This document shows, piece by piece, positions 40,592-49,667 of a stretch of DNA of 64,000 nucleotides (positions are counted from its first letter, which is position 1; each line of letters opens with the position of its first letter). Origin of the DNA: Dehalococcoidia bacterium (GTDB taxonomy: Bacteria > Chloroflexota > Dehalococcoidia > Lucifugimonadales > UBA2985); contig OZ244924.1 of NCBI GenBank assembly GCA_965221925.1, positions 713 to 64,712 of the forward strand, read 5' to 3'. The notes beneath the pieces were generated by a model. That model saw nothing but the letters and a program-made list of their open reading frames with translations. It was not told where the DNA came from and did not search any database. Both the position numbers and the translations under genes were made by a program.

Positions 40592-40830
40592 CAGACCTTT
40601 GCATAACCCCTGGCATTAGGGGAAAATACGGAGGAAGAGTCCCAAGGAGTCAGGAGGGAGCCATGCACCGAGAGACGGGTCATTGAGGTCTAGCGGAATC
40701 GTTGTTGCCGGAGGGGTTGGGCCAGAACCATCGTCTGGAGCGTATCTCTCAGATAGTCGATTGGGAGCGGTTCGAAGGGTTGGTGGCTGACATATACTCG
40801 GCCAGAGAGGGTCGGCACAGCCACCGCCCG
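40592..40830 (+). mobile_element. IS5-family left-end remnant
   Basis: IR CAGACCTTTGCATAAC, then from ATG 40663 MHRETGH*GLAESLLPEGLGQNHRLERISQIVDWERF...EGR with an internal stop, truncated. Confidence 0.75.
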
Positions 40831-40943
40831 CTTGACACCGGCGAGCAAATGGGGATAATGGCACGGGGCGCGGCGGGTAACCAACTCCCGTATTCTACTC
40901 TTGTCGGGCCGCGCGAAACTCGCAACCCAAGGATGCTGTAGAG

Positions 40944-41870
40944 ATGGTTGCGGCAAGCATTTCCATCGGTGAAATTGCCCAAGGGGACGCTCGCGGGTTG
41001 CTGTCAGAGATACCCGCCAATAGCATTGACCTCAGTTTCTGGTCTCCGCCTTACTACGTGGGCAAGTCCTACGAGCGGGGTATGACGTTCAAGGAATGGT
41101 GTACGCTGCTATCTGACGTAATTTGTGCTCATACCAGGATCATCAAACCCGGAGGGTTTTTGGCTATCAACATTGGGGATATCCTCTGCTTTCAGGACGG
41201 AAGCATCCCCCGGTTTCAGGCCGATAATGTGCGGCGGAAGAAAGTCCAGGTCACGCGGGACGATGTCCTAACAGCCAAGGCTAAGAACCCTGGAGCCAAT
41301 CGCTACCAGTTGGCGTCCTTACTCGGTTGTAGTGAGCAAACCATTCAACGCCGCCTGGAGGACAACAATGTTCGGGGGGGGAAGACATCAACCCCGACAA
41401 AGGTGCTCCTTACAGGGTGCATGGTGTCAGAATGGGCGCAGGAAGCAGGCTTCTACCTGTACGATCAACGGATCTGGCATAAAGACCCTTGTTGGGTCAA
41501 TAGCAAGTGGCACTCCAACTCTTACCGTGCGGTGGATGAGTTTGAGCATGTGTATATATTCTGGCTGCCTGGGATAACCGAATACGACCGTGACCGCCTC
41601 GACGACCATGAATGGGCCGATTGGGGGTCAAGAGGTGTTTGGAATATTCGCTCCGTGCGGCGCAACGACAGACATGAGGCTGAATTCCCAGAGGAACTAG
41701 CCCGCCGGGTAATCAAGCTCTTTTCCCCTGTAAGCGGAGTGGTTCTTGATCCATTCGTCGGCACTGGTACAACAACGACGGTCGCCAAGCAACTGGGCCG
41801 CCAGTGGATCGGCATAGACATAGATGCTGGCAACGTCTCTATCGCAAATGGGCGCACTAATGACACCTGA
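40944..41870 (+). CDS. Beta-class DNA methyltransferase (probably N4-cytosine)
   Basis: SPPY near the N-terminus, HEAEFPEEL and LDPFVGTGTT near the C-terminus. Confidence 0.9.
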   Translation: MVAASISIGEIAQGDARGLLSEIPANSIDLSFWSPPYYVGKSYERGMTFKEWCTLLSDVICAHTRIIKPGGFLAINIGDILCFQDGSIPRFQADNVRRKKVQVTRDDVLTAKAKNPGANRYQLASLLGCSEQTIQRRLEDNNVRGGKTSTPTKVLLTGCMVSEWAQEAGFYLYDQRIWHKDPCWVNSKWHSNSYRAVDEFEHVYIFWLPGITEYDRDRLDDHEWADWGSRGVWNIRSVRRNDRHEAEFPEELARRVIKLFSPVSGVVLDPFVGTGTTTTVAKQLGRQWIGIDIDAGNVSIANGRTNDT

Positions 41871-42540
41871 TGACCTAGAGCGGCTTGAGCAAACCGCAAT
41901 GGCGATGGTGGTCCAGGCGTTGACCGACTATCGCCAACAGGCTGTGACCATCTTCCGCGAAGAGACCGACTTGCCCCAAGACATCGCCGAAGACATTACG
42001 CGGGAAGCTCTGGAACTAATGGGGGTATCTGGCTGGAATGAGCGGTTGTACGGCAAGGTGGACTTCAAAAAGGCCGTGTACGTCTTCCTGCCGAGCGCAC
42101 ATCCGGTAGCGTTGATGCTCGACTCAAAGGCGGAGAAGCCCAACGGCGACAGGACAGCAACAATACAGATGTCCCAAACCTCTATGCGCGTCAGAATGCG
42201 TCGGTCTGACGTTGAAATGGATGAACCGGGAGGCTTGGAACAAGTAATCACCAGGGGTGGACGTGCACTTTATGTAGTAACGATCATCGCCAAGTATGTG
42301 TACGAGGAAACTGACACAGGGCAAGAGCTTAGACGGCTCATCATCTCCTGCATTCCAAACGGCCTGCTACAGGAACGCTATAACCCCAATGCCCGTGCGG
42401 GCATTTGGTTGGCAGGCCGCAATGCCCCTACACGTGGTGAAGACTTTCGGGTGAGGTTGAGTTACCGACTTCTGTCGGAGAAAGCTCCTTGGCGTGTGCA
42501 GGAAATCGTTCTTCGGGAGGGAACTGGGAATGCCACGTAA
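41860..42540 (+). CDS. SfiI/BglI-family type II restriction endonuclease
   Basis: DIAEDITREAL, GKVDFKKA, DSKAEK, TATIQMSQTS, IPNGLLQERYNP, GRNAPTRGEDFRVRL, WRVQ; overlaps the MTase stop. Confidence 0.8.
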   Translation: MTPDDLERLEQTAMAMVVQALTDYRQQAVTIFREETDLPQDIAEDITREALELMGVSGWNERLYGKVDFKKAVYVFLPSAHPVALMLDSKAEKPNGDRTATIQMSQTSMRVRMRRSDVEMDEPGGLEQVITRGGRALYVVTIIAKYVYEETDTGQELRRLIISCIPNGLLQERYNPNARAGIWLAGRNAPTRGEDFRVRLSYRLLSEKAPWRVQEIVLREGTGNAT

Positions 42541-42763
42541 GCGAAAAGAACTAGGCCGCCCGGAGCGCCCGTACCCGCCTCGGATTGATGCAACGGCGGA
42601 AGAGATTGCCCAGGTCTTCCTGCGGACTGCCCCTCCGGGTCCCGCAATCGACGAGTCGCAAACCTACTGTTGCGCTGACTGCGGGCGGGAGGTCAATTAC
42701 CCTGAAATCCTGTACCGCGATGGGCGGTGTGCGGAACACACCACCCGGCCCGTCGTCCAGTAG
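42530..42763 (+). CDS. Small hypothetical protein with GRP basic motif and CxxC...CxxH
   Basis: GGAGG RBS; MPRKRKELGRP...CADC...CAEH; overlaps the endonuclease stop. Confidence 0.5.
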   Translation: MPRKRKELGRPERPYPPRIDATAEEIAQVFLRTAPPGPAIDESQTYCCADCGREVNYPEILYRDGRCAEHTTRPVVQ

Positions 42764-42799
42764 CCGGAGGCCCTTTGGGAAATCAAGTATATAATTCCC

Positions 42800-43197
42800 A
42801 AAAGAAAACTCGGGCGCTGGAATCCTCAAGCTCCGAGCAAGACTCATCTGTTGAAGAGGACGACGATGGAATCGTCACCACAGCTGAGGAGCTTCAGGGC
42901 TATTATATCGTCAAAGCCGTTCTTCACGATGTGGTAGACATAAAGCGAGTCGCCATGCGTGACCTGAAAGGGTGGTGCGCTGTACTTCTCGACGACAGCA
43001 TTCGGAAGCCCATATGTCGACTGCGCTTCAACACTCAGCAGAAGTATCTTGGGTTGATAGACGAGCAAAAGCAAGAACAGAGAGTTCCCATAGATGACGT
43101 TGATGAAATTTATAATTACCAAGATCAGATTAAGGCCACAATAGGCTTCTACGAGAATCAGGGAGCAGAGGCCACAGCAGATACGATCATTGCATAG
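42800..43197 (+). pseudogene. C-terminal fragment of a type-I-restriction-domain (HsdR_N-associated) protein
   Basis: GIVTTAEELQGYYIVK...RD...AVLLDD..RKPICRL.FN; no start or N-terminal domain. Confidence 0.6.
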
Positions 43198-43364
43198 ACC
43201 CATGCCCAGCGTAACAGCCCCGGCGGTTTGATATGGGAAGTTCCAGTCCGTGTGATTGAGCGAGATACCCAGATTTCGTAGCCGCCCGCGCCAGCCCCGG
43301 CCGCTTAATCCTGGCCGCCACCAAGGCGGGAGCGCGATGAGCGGCGTAAAGAAGGAGGTAGCAA

Positions 43365-44162
43365 ATGCTGGAGACTTTAAACCTCGATGGTAAGGTGGTT
43401 GTTGTGACAGGGGGAGGAACAGGCCTGGGCAGAGAGATGGGGCGTCACCTGGCAAGAGCGGGGGCGGACATGGTGGTGGCGGGCCGGCGGACTGGGCCCA
43501 TAGAGGAGGCTGCAGAGGAGTTCAAGAGCATGGGACGTCGAGCGTTGGCTGTCTCGACGGATGTCACCGATTCAACGCAGGTGAACGCGCTGTTTGATCG
43601 GGCGCTGTCGGAGTTCGGGCGCGTAGACGTGCTGATAAACAACGCGGGTGGCGGAGGCGGCGGCAAACCCCTGTGGGAGATAACCGACGAGGATTGGCGC
43701 ATAGGTATAGACACCAATCTAACATCGGCATTCTACTGCTCCCGCGCCATAATGAAGCACATGGTGGAGCGAGGGAGCGGTAGAATCATAAACGTCTCTT
43801 CAGGCCAGGGGCTGCGCGGACAGAGGGGCAGCTTCATGTACGGCTGTGCTAAGGGTGGGATGATCCAGCTCACCCGGGTCCTGGCGGCTACCTACGGCTC
43901 GGCGGGCGTCACCAGCACGTGCATCGTGCCGGGGATGATCCCCACAAGGCAGAGAGTCGATGACGAGACGCCAAACCGTCGGCTGGGATTCCTGCCTATG
44001 GGACGACCGGGCACGCCCGAAGAGATTGCGCCCTTGGCGGTTTTCCTGGCGTCCGAAGCGTCGGACTACATGAACGGCGAGATGTTCTACTGCGACGGCG
44101 GAGCAATGGCAGGCGGAGCAGCCATTACGGGCTACGCGCCGGTGATACCACTTCAGGACTAG
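43365..44162 (+). CDS. Short-chain dehydrogenase/reductase
   Basis: TGGGTGLG, NNAG, YGCAK; AAGGAGGT RBS. Confidence 0.92.
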   Translation: MLETLNLDGKVVVVTGGGTGLGREMGRHLARAGADMVVAGRRTGPIEEAAEEFKSMGRRALAVSTDVTDSTQVNALFDRALSEFGRVDVLINNAGGGGGGKPLWEITDEDWRIGIDTNLTSAFYCSRAIMKHMVERGSGRIINVSSGQGLRGQRGSFMYGCAKGGMIQLTRVLAATYGSAGVTSTCIVPGMIPTRQRVDDETPNRRLGFLPMGRPGTPEEIAPLAVFLASEASDYMNGEMFYCDGGAMAGGAAITGYAPVIPLQD

Positions 44163-44172
44163 AGGAGCTTAC

Positions 44173-44934
44173 ATGTCAATTCCGGAAGAGTGGGACCTTT
44201 CAGGCAAATCGATTGTACTGACCGCTGGAAGTCGAGGATGGGCGCCCATACTGGCCGAGGGGCTGGCAGAGGCAGGAGCCGATCTGGCTATAATAGGTCA
44301 CAGGCCGGAGATATTGAAGGCGGCGTCTGAAGCGGTAGAGAAGTACGAACGCCGCGTGGTCGCGATAACGGCTGACCTCAAAGACCCCGATGAAGCGCGG
44401 CGAGCCATGCAGGAAGCCGTTGGCTTTCTGGGCAAGATAGACGGACTTGTGAACGATCCACAGGTGGAGTTCGCCAAGCCCATCCTGGAAATCGCCCCCC
44501 ACGAGTTGGACGCCGTTCTCGACAGGAACTTCAAAAGCGTCTTTTTCTGCTGCCAGGAGGCAGGGAGGATCATGCTGGAGCAAGGAGGCGGACGGATTGT
44601 GAACCTCTCATCCGTTTTGGGGGAACGGGGCGTATCCAACGAGACGGTCTATTGCGCCAGCATGGGCGCGGTGGAGCAGCTGACCAGATCGCTGGCGCTG
44701 GAATGGGCCAAAAACGGGATCACGGTCAACGGCATCGGCACGGCGTGGTACACGCTGGAGGACATTCCCCTGGAACAGCAACAGGAAGACCCCCTAGTGA
44801 GGTATCTGCCGTCCCGCAGGCTGGGACATCCCAGGGAGATAGCGCCTCTGCTAGCGCTGCTTTGCTCCGATGCAAGCAGCTATGTGAACGGGCAGACCAT
44901 CTTCGTAGACGGCGGCGCCATGACACACGCATAA
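44173..44934 (+). CDS. Atypical short-chain dehydrogenase/reductase
   Basis: SDR-fold sequence with degenerate motifs TAGSRGWA and YCASM. Confidence 0.85.
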   Translation: MSIPEEWDLSGKSIVLTAGSRGWAPILAEGLAEAGADLAIIGHRPEILKAASEAVEKYERRVVAITADLKDPDEARRAMQEAVGFLGKIDGLVNDPQVEFAKPILEIAPHELDAVLDRNFKSVFFCCQEAGRIMLEQGGGRIVNLSSVLGERGVSNETVYCASMGAVEQLTRSLALEWAKNGITVNGIGTAWYTLEDIPLEQQQEDPLVRYLPSRRLGHPREIAPLLALLCSDASSYVNGQTIFVDGGAMTHA

Positions 44935-44937
44935 TAG

Positions 44938-45038
44938 AGGTGGGGATAGACGCCACAGCCAAGGGCCCGATGTCCGACGAGATCAAGGCACTGGTGGATG
45001 ACAAATGGCCGGAGTATGGGGTACAGTAACCATTTCTG
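44938..45038 (+). repeat. Diverged duplicate of the ubiD 3' end
   Basis: VGIDATAKGP-MSDEIKALVD.KW.EYG.Q* matches 40372-40511 with a 39-bp in-frame deletion. Confidence 0.9.
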
Positions 45039-45044
45039 CGAAAG

Positions 45045-45259
45045 GAGACCATTGCGCAACCGCCCAACGCGCCATTTGATGTCATTCCGAGCGCAGCGAG
45101 GAATCTAAGACGTTGCGACGTAGCCATGAGAAGATTCCAGCCACAAGGGTCCTCGTGTGGGATGAGAGCCTTTAGATTCCTCACTCCGCCGTGCTCCGTT
45201 CGGAATGACAGTTGGGGCGTCTTTTCACAGGATGGCGCCCAGAGTTATGCAAAGGTCTC
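45045..45259. mobile_element. IS5-derived MITE (215 bp) containing a REP doublet
   Basis: Ends GAGACCATTGCGCAAC and GTTATGCAAAGGTCTC; CGAAAG on both sides (45039-45044, 45260-45265). Confidence 0.7.
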
Positions 45260-45375
45260 CGAAAGCAGGAATGGTTAAGGCGTATTGAGTGGGTCTCAGC
45301 GCCTAGCGGAGGTCCCTTGGGTTGGCGCCAACCGGGGCCGTTTGAAGGCTTGTCGAATCCCAAAAAGAGAACACA

Positions 45376-45582
45376 ATGAAGCTGAGCCTGGATGAGGATA
45401 CCGATACCCTCTACTTGCGACTGGACGAGTCGGCAATTGTGGAGTCCGAAGAGGCTCAGCCGGGCGTTGTCCTAGACTTCAACGCAGAGACCCGGGTGGT
45501 GGGCATAGAGATGCTGAACATCAGCAAGAGAGTGAAATGGGAGAAGCTGCTGGACTTCCACTTCGAGTCCAACTTGCAATAG
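45376..45582 (+). CDS. DUF2283 domain protein
   Basis: D.DTDTLYLRL...ESEE..PGVVLDFN...VVGIE.LN.S. Confidence 0.85.
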   Translation: MKLSLDEDTDTLYLRLDESAIVESEEAQPGVVLDFNAETRVVGIEMLNISKRVKWEKLLDFHFESNLQ

Positions 45583-45651
45583 CTGCAATTCAATATCCGG
45601 AATAGACCCCATGCCACAGATAACAGACCAGGCAGCCAACACAGGAGCGCA

Positions 45652-46524
45652 ATGAGCATGGCAACGGGCTCGCCCATAGCCAAAATCCGCCTTCTGCTGG
45701 ACTCCATCCGGTTTGAGCACACCGTCTTTGCCCTGCCCTTCGCATACCTGGGCATGATACTGGCCTCCGACGGCCTGCCCACGCCGGCGCAGTTCCTCTG
45801 GATAACCGTCGCTATGGCATCGGCGCGCACCCTGGCCATGTCCGCCAATCGCATCATAGACAGGCGCATGGACGCCCAGAACCCGCGCACCGCCGCGCGG
45901 CCCCTGCCCGCCGGCCGCATCAGGCTGTGGGAGATGACGGCCATGTCGGTCGTCTCCCTGGGCGTGTTCCTGCTGGCCGCCGCCATGCTCAACACCCTGG
46001 CCCTGGCGCTGGCCCCGGTCGCCGCCGTGGTCGTGGTGGGCTACTCATACACAAAGCGGTTCACCTGGATGTCCCACTTCGTGCTGGGCTGGGCGGACGG
46101 CATTGCCCCCGCCGGAGGCTGGATAGCGGTAACGGGATCACTGACGTGGGAGCCGGTACTCATGGCCTTTGCAGTCGCCACCTGGATAGGGGGCTTCGAC
46201 ATCCTGTACGCCTGCCAGGACCGCGACTTTGACTTGCAGCGCGGCCTCCACTCGATACCCCAGAAGTTCGGCATACCCGCCGCCCTGACGTGGGCCAAGG
46301 GGATGCATGTCCTCACCGCCGCGTCCCTCCTGGCAATAGGGCCCTGGATGGGGTTGGGGTTCCCCTACTACATAGGCTGGGCGCTGGCTGCGGGCCTCCT
46401 GGTGTACGAGCATCGGCTGGTCTCTCCCACCGACCTGTCCAGGCTCAACATGGCCTTCTTCAACATCAACGGCTACATTGCCGTCATCATATTCGGGTTT
46501 ACCTTTGCGTCCATATACGTGTAG
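45652..46524 (+). CDS. ubiA: UbiA-family prenyltransferase (MqnP-like)
   Basis: IRFEHTVFALPFA, NRIIDR.MDAQNPRT..RPLP.G, YSYTKRFT, FDILYACQD. Confidence 0.92.
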   Translation: MSMATGSPIAKIRLLLDSIRFEHTVFALPFAYLGMILASDGLPTPAQFLWITVAMASARTLAMSANRIIDRRMDAQNPRTAARPLPAGRIRLWEMTAMSVVSLGVFLLAAAMLNTLALALAPVAAVVVVGYSYTKRFTWMSHFVLGWADGIAPAGGWIAVTGSLTWEPVLMAFAVATWIGGFDILYACQDRDFDLQRGLHSIPQKFGIPAALTWAKGMHVLTAASLLAIGPWMGLGFPYYIGWALAAGLLVYEHRLVSPTDLSRLNMAFFNINGYIAVIIFGFTFASIYV

Positions 46525-46542
46525 CATAATGAGGGTGAGAAC

Positions 46543-47130
46543 ATGGACCCGGTAGTAGTGGGCATATCAGGGGCCAGCGGCTCCGCACTGGCGAAGCGCG
46601 CCATTGGCGCGCTGCTGGAGCGCGACGTGCCCGTCATTGCCACCTGCACCGCGGCTGCCCGGATGGTGTGGCAGGAGGAGATGGAGGAGTCCTTTGGCTC
46701 AACGCTGGCGCAGTGGCAGGAGTCGCCCCACTTCACCTACCACCCCATCGGCGACCTCAAGGCGTCGATAGCCAGCGGCGGTACGCCCATTGCCGGCATG
46801 CTGGTGGTCCCGTGCAGCATGGGCACGCTCGCGGCCATCGCGCACGGCCTGTCCGCCAACCTGCTCCAGCGGGCCGCGGACGTGTGCCTGAAGGAGCGGC
46901 GCAGGCTGGCGCTGGTCCCGCGGGAGACCCCGCTGTCTCCCATACACCTGGAGAACATGCTCTCGCTGTCCCGCCTGGGCGTAACCATCCTGCCGCCGGC
47001 GCCCGCCTTCTACCTGCATCCCAGGTCGGTCGAGGACGTAGTGGACTACGTGGTCGCCAAGGCGCTGGACGCCCTGGGGCTGGACGGCTTCATGGATGAG
47101 CGTATGCGCTACCTGAGACGCAGCGAATAG
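46543..47130 (+). CDS. ubiX: Flavin prenyltransferase
   Basis: VGISGASG, IASG, PCSMGTL, RAADV.LKERR.L.LVPRETP. Confidence 0.95.
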   Translation: MDPVVVGISGASGSALAKRAIGALLERDVPVIATCTAAARMVWQEEMEESFGSTLAQWQESPHFTYHPIGDLKASIASGGTPIAGMLVVPCSMGTLAAIAHGLSANLLQRAADVCLKERRRLALVPRETPLSPIHLENMLSLSRLGVTILPPAPAFYLHPRSVEDVVDYVVAKALDALGLDGFMDERMRYLRRSE

Positions 47131-47142
47131 GGGGCGGACGAT

Positions 47143-47943
47143 ATGGCGCTATTGAAGGGCGACGAAAAGGCCCGCTACGTGGCATCGATGTTCGACCGCA
47201 TCTCCGGCCGCTATGACCTGATGAACACGGTGATGACGGGTGGCCTGCACCACCTGTGGCGATGGAGGACGACCGCCGTCGCCACCCGCGGGGGCGGGGG
47301 CGAGGCGCTGGACATCGCCACGGGCACGGGAGACCTGGCCTGGGAGCTGGCCGACAGGCCTACGATAAGCCGGGTGGTTGGCCTGGACTTCGCGGCCCAG
47401 ATGCTGGCGCAAGCCCGCAGGAAGGCCCGCAAGCATCCACGCCAGTCCGACCGGGTGCACTGGGCGCGCGCCGACGCCGTCAACCTCCCCTTCCAGGACG
47501 ACCGCTTTTGGTGCGTCACCTGCGGCTTTGGCCTGCGCAACTTCTACGACATCGAAGCGGCCCTCCGTGAGATGGCCCGCGTCATTGTGCCGGGAGGAAG
47601 GGTCGTTATCCTGGACATAGTCCCGGTGGTCGGCAGCGACTGGCTGAGCCGGCTGTTCCAGTGGTACTTTCGCAAGGCGGTGCCCTGGCTGGGGTCGCTG
47701 CTTGCCGGGAGCAGGGAGGCCTACGCCTATCTGCCGGAGTCGGTGGAGCATTACATGACTCCCCAGGAGCTGGCGGCGATGATGGAACGGGTGGGCCTGC
47801 GCAACGTGGGCTACCGGAAGATGGGCCTGGGCACGGTTGCGATGCACGCGGGCGAGAAGCCCGTTCAGGGAAAGGGCGTACCGGAGATAGCGGACGGCAG
47901 CTTTGTACGCACGGCGGAAGCGCCGGAGGTAATTCAGTCGTGA
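47143..47943 (+). CDS. menG: Demethylmenaquinone methyltransferase
   Basis: MFDRIS.RYDLMN, LDIATGTGD, FGLRN, AYAYLPESV. Confidence 0.92.
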   Translation: MALLKGDEKARYVASMFDRISGRYDLMNTVMTGGLHHLWRWRTTAVATRGGGGEALDIATGTGDLAWELADRPTISRVVGLDFAAQMLAQARRKARKHPRQSDRVHWARADAVNLPFQDDRFWCVTCGFGLRNFYDIEAALREMARVIVPGGRVVILDIVPVVGSDWLSRLFQWYFRKAVPWLGSLLAGSREAYAYLPESVEHYMTPQELAAMMERVGLRNVGYRKMGLGTVAMHAGEKPVQGKGVPEIADGSFVRTAEAPEVIQS

Positions 47944-48608
47944 GGGCCTCGGAGCATCTGCGCGGGAAGTACGCCTACCTGTGGGACAGGCTGTTCCAAC
48001 ATCCCTTTGTGGTGGGCGTGGGCAACGGCGAGCTTCCCCTGGACAAGTTCCGGTTCTACGTGAAGCAGGACTACTACTTCCTGGTCCAGTACAGCCGGAT
48101 GCTGGCCCTGGCGGCGGCCAAGGCGCCGGACCTGGAGAACGTGGGGCGGTTCGCCGCTCTGCTCAACGAGACGCTGAACACGGAAATGGAGCTGCATCGC
48201 GCCTTCTGCCGCAAGTTCGACGTGTCCGCCGCCGAGTTGGAGAGCGTCAGCCCCGCGCCCATAACGCTGGCCTACACCGATTACCTGCTGCGTGTGGCCT
48301 ACGAAGGCACACTGACGGACGTCATCGCCAACCTGCTGCCGTGCCAGTGGGGCTACTGCGAGACGGGGCTGTACCTCGCCCGCACGGGCGACACGTCGGA
48401 CGCCAACCCATACGCCGAGTGGATACAGATGTATTCCGCGGATGAGTTCATCGCCTTCGTCGACTGGCTGCGGGAGTTCCTGGATTCGCTGACTGAGGAC
48501 GCGGGCAGCAGGGAGACGGCCCGCCTTGAGGAGCGCTTCCTCACGGCCACCCGCTACGAGTACCTCTTCTGGGATATGTCCTACAACTTGCAGGACTGGC
48601 CGCTTTAG
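47940..48608 (+). CDS. tenA: Thiaminase II
   Basis: HPFV..., FYVKQDYYFL, EMELH, LLPCQWGY, WIQMY, EYLFWDM; GTG start overlaps the menG stop. Confidence 0.92.
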   Translation: MRASEHLRGKYAYLWDRLFQHPFVVGVGNGELPLDKFRFYVKQDYYFLVQYSRMLALAAAKAPDLENVGRFAALLNETLNTEMELHRAFCRKFDVSAAELESVSPAPITLAYTDYLLRVAYEGTLTDVIANLLPCQWGYCETGLYLARTGDTSDANPYAEWIQMYSADEFIAFVDWLREFLDSLTEDAGSRETARLEERFLTATRYEYLFWDMSYNLQDWPL

Positions 48609-48684
48609 GGGTGTGGAGAAACTCGTCGTAATATAGATCGGGCAAGGCCACGTTTGAAAGACTGCCGACCCACAGGAGGCTCGT

Positions 48685-49629
48685 ATGACAGCGTTGCAAG
48701 AGCGATTTAACCAGGGAGAGGTTATCATTCTGGACGGAGGCACGGGCGCTGAGCTTGAGAGGCGCGGCGTACCCATGCACGCCCTGGCCTGGAGCGGCGC
48801 CGCCCTGCTCACTCACCCGGAGGTCGTACGGCAGGTGCACCTGGACTACATTGAGGCGGGCGCCGACGTCATTATCGCCAACACCTTCGCCACGTGCAGA
48901 AACGTGATGGACGCCGCCGGCATGGGCGACGAGGTTGTCCGCGTGAACACCCTGGCCGTCGACCTGGCCCGGGAGGCCCGCGACCTGAGCGCCCCCTCAA
49001 GGCCCGTGTCCATAGCCGGCTCCATATCCACCGAGAACACAACCCCCATCTTTTACACGGGCAGCCGCCGCGAGGGCCGGACGTTCCCCACCGAGCAGCA
49101 GGCGCGCGCCAACTACCGCGAGCAGGCGGAGATTATGGCGGAGGCCGGCATTGACCTCATCGTCCTGGAGATGATGCGGGACGTACCCCAGACCACCTAC
49201 GCCCTTGAGGCCGCCCTTGCCACCGGGCTTCCCGTCTGGGTTGGCTTCAGCACAAAGATGGCCGGGGACGGCTCCACAGTCCTGCTACAGGGAGGCCCGG
49301 ACAACGACACGACGCTGGCCCAGGGGTTGGAGGCGATAAGGCCCCTTGGCTGCGCTATGGTGTCCATTATGCACTCCCACACCGAAGATACGACGCCTGC
49401 GCTGGCAGAGGTCAAGAGGCTCTGGCAGGGGCCGGTGGGCGCTTACCCCAACTCCGTGGGATTCGATCTGCCCCGCCCGGACGCTGAGGAAACCATCTCA
49501 CCCCAGGGACTGCTGGCCAAAGCCCAAGAGTGGGTGAAGATGGGCGTACAGGCCATCGGCGTATGCTGCGGACTTGGCCCTGAGTACATCCGGGCGTTCA
49601 GGGAGGGCCTGCCGCCGCGTCTGCCGTAG
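48685..49629 (+). CDS. Homocysteine S-methyltransferase family protein
   Basis: ILDGGTGAEL, H.DYIEAGADVI.ANTF, GAYPN, GVCCG. Confidence 0.88.
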   Translation: MTALQERFNQGEVIILDGGTGAELERRGVPMHALAWSGAALLTHPEVVRQVHLDYIEAGADVIIANTFATCRNVMDAAGMGDEVVRVNTLAVDLAREARDLSAPSRPVSIAGSISTENTTPIFYTGSRREGRTFPTEQQARANYREQAEIMAEAGIDLIVLEMMRDVPQTTYALEAALATGLPVWVGFSTKMAGDGSTVLLQGGPDNDTTLAQGLEAIRPLGCAMVSIMHSHTEDTTPALAEVKRLWQGPVGAYPNSVGFDLPRPDAEETISPQGLLAKAQEWVKMGVQAIGVCCGLGPEYIRAFREGLPPRLP

Positions 49630-49667
49630 GCATCGGCCGCCCGCCGCCCAGGGTGGGGCGATCCTTG

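Noticed and set aside
40684-40686. In-frame TGA as selenocysteine or readthrough in the IS5 ORF
   Set aside because: The transposase is also truncated after about 56 codons, so this is ordinary decay
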